64,000 bases of DNA from Candidatus Velesiimonas alkalicola (GTDB lineage: Bacteria; Omnitrophota; Gorgyraeia; Velesiimonadales; Velesiimonadaceae): the NCBI GenBank assembly GCA_013626165.1, contig NDHX01000004.1:64565-128564 (forward strand), written 5' to 3'. The notes under the pieces are model-generated. The model searched no databases, had not been told where the DNA came from, and saw only the letters and a list, made by a program, of their open reading frames with translations. Made by a program: the position numbers and the translations under genes. Of the stretch, positions 60,787 to 64,000 are shown one piece after another (the first letter of the stretch is position 1; every line of letters begins with the position of its first letter).

Positions 60787-61020
60787 GTGGGAGAAAAGAT
60801 ATTACGAGAATTGAAACCAAAGGAGTCAGGTAAGGTAAAAAAGATCTATGGCGAGGGAGTGCTTCATAAGAGGCTTCTGGATATGGGTATCGTTAAAGGC
60901 ACAACAATAGAAGTTACTAAGGTTGCCCCCTTAGGTGATCCTATAGATATAAAGATAAGGGGATATCATTTATCCTTGCGAAAAGAAGAAGCGGCTCAAA
61001 TTTCTGTGGAGGTAGATTAA
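60787..61020 (+). CDS. feoA: ferrous iron transport protein A
   Basis: 77-aa SH3-like FeoA (LRELKPGESGKVKKI...). Confidence 0.8.
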   Translation: MGEKILRELKPKESGKVKKIYGEGVLHKRLLDMGIVKGTTIEVTKVAPLGDPIDIKIRGYHLSLRKEEAAQISVEVD

Positions 61021-61022
61021 AT

Positions 61023-61247
61023 ATGCACAGGTTAACTCAGGCTAGAACGAACGTTAACTTGATATTCGCCTCTCTTGAAGGAGGACGGGGCGCCATGCAG
61101 CGGCTTACGGATATGGGATTGATTCCGGGAGAACGGTTAAGAGTGTTGCATAACTCTGGGTACGGTCCTGTTACTGTGCTTATAAAAGGAGCGAAGGTCG
61201 CCTTAGGGCATGGCCTGGCATCTAAAATTATAGTTAAGGAGGAATAA
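61023..61247 (+). CDS. feoA: ferrous iron transport protein A (second copy)
   Basis: 74-aa FeoA-like (LTDMGLIPGERLRVLHN). Confidence 0.75.
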   Translation: MHRLTQARTNVNLIFASLEGGRGAMQRLTDMGLIPGERLRVLHNSGYGPVTVLIKGAKVALGHGLASKIIVKEE

Positions 61248-61250
61248 AAA

Positions 61251-63338
61251 ATGAGGAATAAAAAATTTACTATTGCACTTGCCGGTAATCCTAATTCTGG
61301 CAAATCGACAATCTTTAATAATTTAACCGGCGCGCATCAGCATGTTGGTAACTATCCGGGCGTAACTGTGGAAAAAAAAGAAGGAAAGCTGAATTTTCAA
61401 GATTATGAGATAAATGTCGTGGACCTTCCAGGTACGTATAGCTTGTCAGCTTATTCTGAGGACGAAATTGTAGCCAGGGATTTTATTATTAAGGAGAAAC
61501 CCGATGTAATCGTAGATATCGTTGATTCCTCCAACTTAGAAAGAAACCTTTACCTTGCCACACAGTTGATGGAATTAGAGATTCCCTTGGTTTTGGCAAT
61601 GAATATGAACGATATGGCAGAGAAAAAGGGTCAGGATGTGAATTATACAAAACTATCTGATTTGTTGGGGGTAGATATCGTTCCGACCGTCGGCAATAAG
61701 AATACAGGCACAAAGGAGCTTCTGGAGACCATTGTTAAGGTGTATGAAGGAAAAGTCAAAACAAAAGGAGTATATATCAACTATGGCCCGGAAATTCGTG
61801 AGGAGATGAATAAGTTAGAGCAGATAGTCAAAAAGGATAAAGCATTGATTGAACAATACCCGTGGCGTTGGCTCATTATTAAGATGTTGGAAAACGATTC
61901 GTCAGTCTTAAATATTGTCAGCAAATCTTCTATTGCTCAGGAAGCCATAGCCCAAAACGATAATAGCAGGCGTCACTTACAGTTACATTTCGCAGATTCT
62001 CCGGAGACCATAATAGCCGATAGACGCTACGGATTTATAAGCGGCGCATGCACTGAAGCATTAAAGCCATCGTCTATAGAAAAACGGCATGATTTATCAG
62101 ACAGAATAGATACGGTTATCTTAAACAGGATGGTAGGTATTCCTATTTTTGCTCTGGTTATGTATGCCATTTTCAAGTTTACTTTTACTTTTTCCGAACC
62201 GGTTGTTGGTTTGTTTGAAACATTCTTTGAAAAGGCTGGAGAATTTGCTGCCAAAGTTATCCCTGAAGGACTAACGCAATCTTTTGTCGTTGACGGACTA
62301 ATCGGCGGTCTTGGCGGTGTTTTAGGTTTTTTCCCATTGGTACTATTTATGTTCTTTGCCATAGCATTTTTTGAAGACACAGGTTATATGGCACGGGCGG
62401 CATTTGTTATGGATAAACTACTGAGTAAGTTTGGCCTTCACGGAAAGTCGTTTTTGCCGATGATGATATCAACAAACGGTTGCGCCGTGCCGGGTATCAT
62501 GGCATCCCGAACGCTTGATAATAAAAAAGATAGATTAATCACTATGATGGTTACGCCGTTTATGATCTGCGGGGCTAAACTTCCTGTATTTGCTTTGTTC
62601 ATTGGAGCATTCTTCGCTCCGGAACTTGGGGCTAATATGATGTTCTTGATGTATGCTTTAAGCGTTATGATCGCCTTTGGCTCGGCATGGGTGTTTAAGA
62701 AGTTTGTTTTTAAAGGTGAAACCTCGCACTTTGTCATGGAACTTCCGCCTTACCGCGTACCGACAATCCAGGGTTTATTATTAAAAATGTGGGAAAGAGG
62801 TTGGCTTTATATAAAAAAGGCCGGGACAATCCTACTCCTGGTTTCCATAATTCTTTGGGCTGGTTTTACTTTCCCGCAGATGGAACCTGAACAAGGGATG
62901 AGTGAGGAAGCGGCTGCTTCGGCTCAGATGGAGCAGAGTTATGCTGGTAGAACAGGCAAGTTTGTCGAGCCTGTTGTTAAGCCGTTGGGGTTGGATTGGC
63001 GGGGAGGTGTTGCGCTTATGGCAGGAGTTGTGGCAAAAGAGGTTGTAGTGGGCGCTATGGGGACAATCTATAGTTTAGGCGAGGTTGACCCGGAAGAAGC
63101 CGAGCCGTTGAGGGAAGCCTTGCAAAAAGATCCGACATGGAATCCATTGAACGCCCTGGCCTTCATGATGTTCTGCCTTATTTATCTGCCTTGTTTTGTC
63201 GCGATGGCTGTTTTTTACCGTGAATCAGGTTCTAGCTTAAAATGGACACTATTCTTGGTCTTTTGGACAACGGTTATGGCCTGGGGAGCTTCGTTTATTG
63301 TGTATCAGGGTGGAAGATTGTTGGGTTTTGGCGGATAA
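61251..63338 (+). CDS. feoB: ferrous iron transporter B
   Basis: N-terminal G-domain IALAGNPNSGKSTIFN, polytopic C-terminal permease. Confidence 0.9.
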   Translation: MRNKKFTIALAGNPNSGKSTIFNNLTGAHQHVGNYPGVTVEKKEGKLNFQDYEINVVDLPGTYSLSAYSEDEIVARDFIIKEKPDVIVDIVDSSNLERNLYLATQLMELEIPLVLAMNMNDMAEKKGQDVNYTKLSDLLGVDIVPTVGNKNTGTKELLETIVKVYEGKVKTKGVYINYGPEIREEMNKLEQIVKKDKALIEQYPWRWLIIKMLENDSSVLNIVSKSSIAQEAIAQNDNSRRHLQLHFADSPETIIADRRYGFISGACTEALKPSSIEKRHDLSDRIDTVILNRMVGIPIFALVMYAIFKFTFTFSEPVVGLFETFFEKAGEFAAKVIPEGLTQSFVVDGLIGGLGGVLGFFPLVLFMFFAIAFFEDTGYMARAAFVMDKLLSKFGLHGKSFLPMMISTNGCAVPGIMASRTLDNKKDRLITMMVTPFMICGAKLPVFALFIGAFFAPELGANMMFLMYALSVMIAFGSAWVFKKFVFKGETSHFVMELPPYRVPTIQGLLLKMWERGWLYIKKAGTILLLVSIILWAGFTFPQMEPEQGMSEEAAASAQMEQSYAGRTGKFVEPVVKPLGLDWRGGVALMAGVVAKEVVVGAMGTIYSLGEVDPEEAEPLREALQKDPTWNPLNALAFMMFCLIYLPCFVAMAVFYRESGSSLKWTLFLVFWTTVMAWGASFIVYQGGRLLGFGG

Positions 63339-63339
63339 G

Positions 63340-63498
63340 ATGGAAAAGGTTATTGTGCTGGTAATGGTTTTCATAAGTATAGGGCTTCTTATATGGTATA
63401 TTGTCAGAACTTTTAAGGATAAAGGTTCATGTTGTGGCTGCGAAAGAGCTAACAATTGTGATAAGGCAAATATAGATGTTGAAAATGAAGATAGATAA
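63340..63498 (+). CDS. FeoB-associated Cys-rich small membrane protein
   Basis: One TM (VIVLVMVFISIGLLIWYIV) followed by GSCCGCERANNCDK; ATG overlaps the feoB stop. Confidence 0.55.
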   Translation: MEKVIVLVMVFISIGLLIWYIVRTFKDKGSCCGCERANNCDKANIDVENEDR

Positions 63499-63524
63499 AG
63501 GTTAGGACGGGTTTAGGAGTAATC

Positions 63525-64000
63525 ATGTCACGTAAAATAGATTTTTCCATAAAAGGGATGACCTGTGAAGATTGTGCCGGGAAACTGGAGGGACACCTTA
63601 AGGGACTCGGCGGCATTGAGGAGGCATTAGTAAGCTTCACCCTTAGCAAGGCGGTCATAAAATATAACCCTGAGGTTATTGAACCAGTCACTATAAAACA
63701 CATCATTTCTTCTTATGGCTATACTGCCACATCTGCTGAAGGCAGCATTGGCGCTGCCTTTGAGCCCAGGCATATAGAGACGGTCCGCGTTGTTGCCGTT
63801 GGCCTGTTGCTTGCCTTTGCCTGGATTATGCCGAGGATGCTCCCGATGCCGGCTGTGTTGACCGACTCTGTGACGCTGCTGGCTATCATAGTTGGTGGCT
63901 ATTCCATTGCTTCAAAGGCGATAAAGGCCCTCCTTCAAAAGAGTCTCAACATTGATCTCCTGGTGATTATTGCGGCCTCAGCGGCTGTTGCCATAGGAGA
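63525..64000 (+). CDS. heavy-metal translocating P-type ATPase, 3'-truncated by window edge
   Basis: N-terminal HMA domain GMTCEDCA then first TM segments; not in ORF track because it runs off the window. Confidence 0.75.
   Translation, partial: MSRKIDFSIKGMTCEDCAGKLEGHLKGLGGIEEALVSFTLSKAVIKYNPEVIEPVTIKHIISSYGYTATSAEGSIGAAFEPRHIETVRVVAVGLLLAFAWIMPRMLPMPAVLTDSVTLLAIIVGGYSIASKAIKALLQKSLNIDLLVIIAASAAVAIG

Overview
This is a 64-kb AT-rich chromosomal segment from a diderm (Gram-negative-type) bacterium, probably an anaerobe. Gram-negative envelope genes are present (lolCDE, an LptE-like lipoprotein, a BamD-like TPR protein), together with superoxide reductase, RtcB, a V-type ATPase B subunit and FeoAB.

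Most of the window is housekeeping genes on the + strand:
- dxr(partial)-rseP-ispG, then a BamD/LptE-like pair and a tRNA-Pro/Arg/His cluster.
- PilZ, lpdA, lysS, lolC/E-lolD, a McsA-like protein, ispE, an IDH/IPMDH-family dehydrogenase, MarC and superoxide reductase.
- An orphan ntpB-like gene, carAB, an MBL hydrolase, pgsA-pgpA, rtcB, tsaB, an HhH-GPD glycosylase and a NadX-like gene.
- uvrA, obg, proBA, nadD, a PHP::Zn-ADH fusion, a large unknown protein, a TIM-barrel isomerase, topA and uvrB.

The - strand carries a cell-envelope glycosylation locus (two GT39/83-like transferases, a GT2::methyltransferase fusion, GT4, rmlABCD), rlmN and tRNA-Thr. The window ends with dtxR-feoA-feoA-feoB, a small Cys-rich membrane gene and the 5' end of a heavy-metal P-type ATPase.

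The accessory part lies at about 42.4-49.0 kb, between uvrB and the glycosylation locus.
- It holds an integron-like array of three cassettes with no integrase in the window. The cassettes are a DUF2281/MazF toxin-antitoxin pair and two paralogous pairs of a DNA methyltransferase with a PD-(D/E)xK-like partner.
- Each cassette is bounded by a family of roughly 90-bp attC-like imperfect palindromes.
- A queA N-terminal remnant follows the array.

The whole window is peppered with short-period intergenic tandem repeats (GCACCAGN octamers, GTAGGTA heptads, CCGTAT-type hairpins) and three copies of an ~80-bp palindromic 'GATTACACAGAT' element.

Everything here was read from the sequence by eye. 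No similarity searches, covariance models or folding programs were run.
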